This document shows, piece after piece, positions 62,071 to 64,000 of a stretch of 64,000 nucleotides of DNA (the first letter of the stretch is position 1; each line of letters opens with the position of its first letter). A program made the position numbers and the translations under genes. The notes under the pieces were generated by a model. It did not search any database. It saw only the letters and a program-made list of their open reading frames with translations, and was not told the origin of the DNA. Source of the DNA: Antedon mediterranea (taxonomy: Eukaryota > Animalia > Echinodermata); contig NC_092677.1 in the NCBI RefSeq assembly GCF_964355755.1, forward strand, positions 22,369,175 through 22,433,174, read 5' to 3'.

Positions 62071-64000
62071 GTATGGAAGCATTTCTAGTTTGTATAATAA
62101 ATTATAAAATACATCATATTACCAAAGAATATATTTATATGAGAAAAATGAGCAATCCACGATATTTGCATTATAAATTTGCAACACTTTTAACAGATGA
62201 ATGAGCGGATGTAGGCTAAAGAAGACTTTATTAGAAAGACTTTATAAAATGTCACATAACAACAATAATACTAATTTCATTACAGGCTTTCTATCAGCCA
62301 TCACTCCAAACCTATACTCCCCCCCCCCCCTTTGTTGCAATTTTCAAATGTAGTTACAAATATTTCCAATAAAGTTTTAGTCATTTTGATAGGCCAGACC
62401 CCACCCCAAACTCCCAACCAACCAAAGATAATTCAACTTTATATCCCATATGTTTCAGAAACTGAAATTTGTATGAACCAATGTCGAAAGTGGGGAAGAG
62501 TGGATATTTTGATACCATTGAATCCAAAAAGGTGGATAATGTTCAAATATAGTTTAGAACCTTTCCGGTACAATTGACCCATATATATACTATGCGTGCA
62601 GTAACAAATATTTGTATAACAAACAAACGAACATACAAACTCTCTCACTTAAGTTATAATATAGATTTGTCATGACCTCCTTATTATGTCATGTTGCAGC
62701 CTTAACACCCATGGAGTAATGGATCTGTCTAGTGCCTTTTTTAGTAGCATTAAACTCTTGCACGTTTTTTACAATTTTTAGCATGGCATACTAGGTCTGA
62801 AGAAGTGTTGTAATAGCAGATAAATGGACTTTGGTGGCAACTAATTATTTAATAGATTGCAAAACATCAAACTCACTATATAGTAATGCATATAATATTT
62901 TGTGGATATAATAATAATGGGGTCTGTGATCAGAATTGCAAGTTAACCTTCTCGTACCATGGAACTGTGGTATCATTACCTTGTATATCCTACACTATTT
63001 CGACATTAGGTTTTATTCATGACTAGTCTCGAATGTTAATTTATATGTGAATTACAGTTTTTTTATACTGACTTGCTTCTTCAAGCAAGGCCGCGCCTTT
63101 AATTTTCCATCTAATACCTACGAACAGCTCATTATGTGGATTGCTCCCAGAATGAATACTTGATTACAGAGGTGTAGGCTTGTTGTTGACTCCTCGCTCC
63201 CCCAGTCTACGCCCCTGTATTCACTTGTTTCATTTCATTTCATATCTTTCTTTGTTCTGGAAAACTCATTCAATACATAAGCACAGTACTGGTCTCTCAT
63301 GAGGTCCAGATTTGTGACTTAACTTCAAAATTAAAGCAAAATATATACATATGTAAACAAAAACTTACTTTAAATACTTTTAAATTCATTAATTGGTAAT
63401 TTTGTCCATGTTGGAGTAACTACTGTAGGGTATTTGATTGACTACATGTGTTTTTATGATGAGTGGTGTGCATAAATTGAAACTTGGTTGATAGATATGA
63501 AGGAGCAATATCTTTTAAACGTTTAAAAACTAGCATCAACAATTGTGTCTTCCATTTAAGTGATAACATTAATTTCAGATCAATTGGTTCTAGAAAAGTT
63601 AAAAAGCAGGAATTAAAATCAAATCTAACAGGAAGCGAATCTTTGATGTGTTTAAACCCAATTTTAAGATTTTACCCAAAAATTGTCTTTTTTTTCATAA
63701 CCACAAACTATAATCTTTGATGTTACTCAATTTAAACTTGCACTCAATAAATTGTTTGATTGCTGATTCATAGGTCCTGCCCATGCCCTTCTACCATTTT
63801 GAAATCAGTAAACTGCAATGTAGATATTTAGAAGCAGCCTATTCGACTCAATGTCACCTGTTATTTTCTCCAGATAGTTCAGGTTCACTGCCAATAACGT
63901 AAAAATGCTGCTTAATGGAAATTAACTTAAAGAAAAAGAGTAAAATGTGTGCTAGAAGTATGGTATGCGTTACATGGCTTTTTGTTTTTTTCAGACTGAT

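Noticed and set aside
63770-63940. Final CCNDBP1 exon after the acceptors near 63773 and 63873
   Set aside because: Phase-0 translations either stop early or show no resemblance to the GCIP C-terminus.

Overview
AT-rich, intron-containing animal genomic DNA, probably from a marine invertebrate deuterostome (inference). Two host genes are arranged head-to-head. The first coding exon of a cathepsin Z-like gene lies on the minus strand at 825-946, with the rest of the gene running off the left edge and a near-identical duplicate exon at 6939-7061. Five in-phase coding exons of a CCNDBP1/GCIP-like gene lie on the plus strand at 32892-62070; its 3' end was not found. Almost everything else is transposon-derived. 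Non-autonomous DNA elements have readable TIRs and TSDs of 2, 3, 4, 5, 6, 7, 9 and 10 bp (Tc1/pogo, Harbinger/Zator, Academ, piggyBac, Sola2, hAT5/hAT6, P, AcademH, MULE). There are also Helitron/Helentron-type elements associated with tRNA-Val pseudogenes, and decayed Tx1/L1, Rex1, CR1, Penelope, Gypsy and Harbinger coding remnants. Highlights: a seven-layer concentric transposon nest in one CCNDBP1 intron; a probable P-element excision footprint beside the CTSZ promoter; TA-duplication micro-footprints shown by paired copies; an apparent 2-kb foldback that is two independent insertions; and a tRNA-headed structured candidate ncRNA. Superfamily labels are inferred from termini and TSDs read by eye; no database searches were run.
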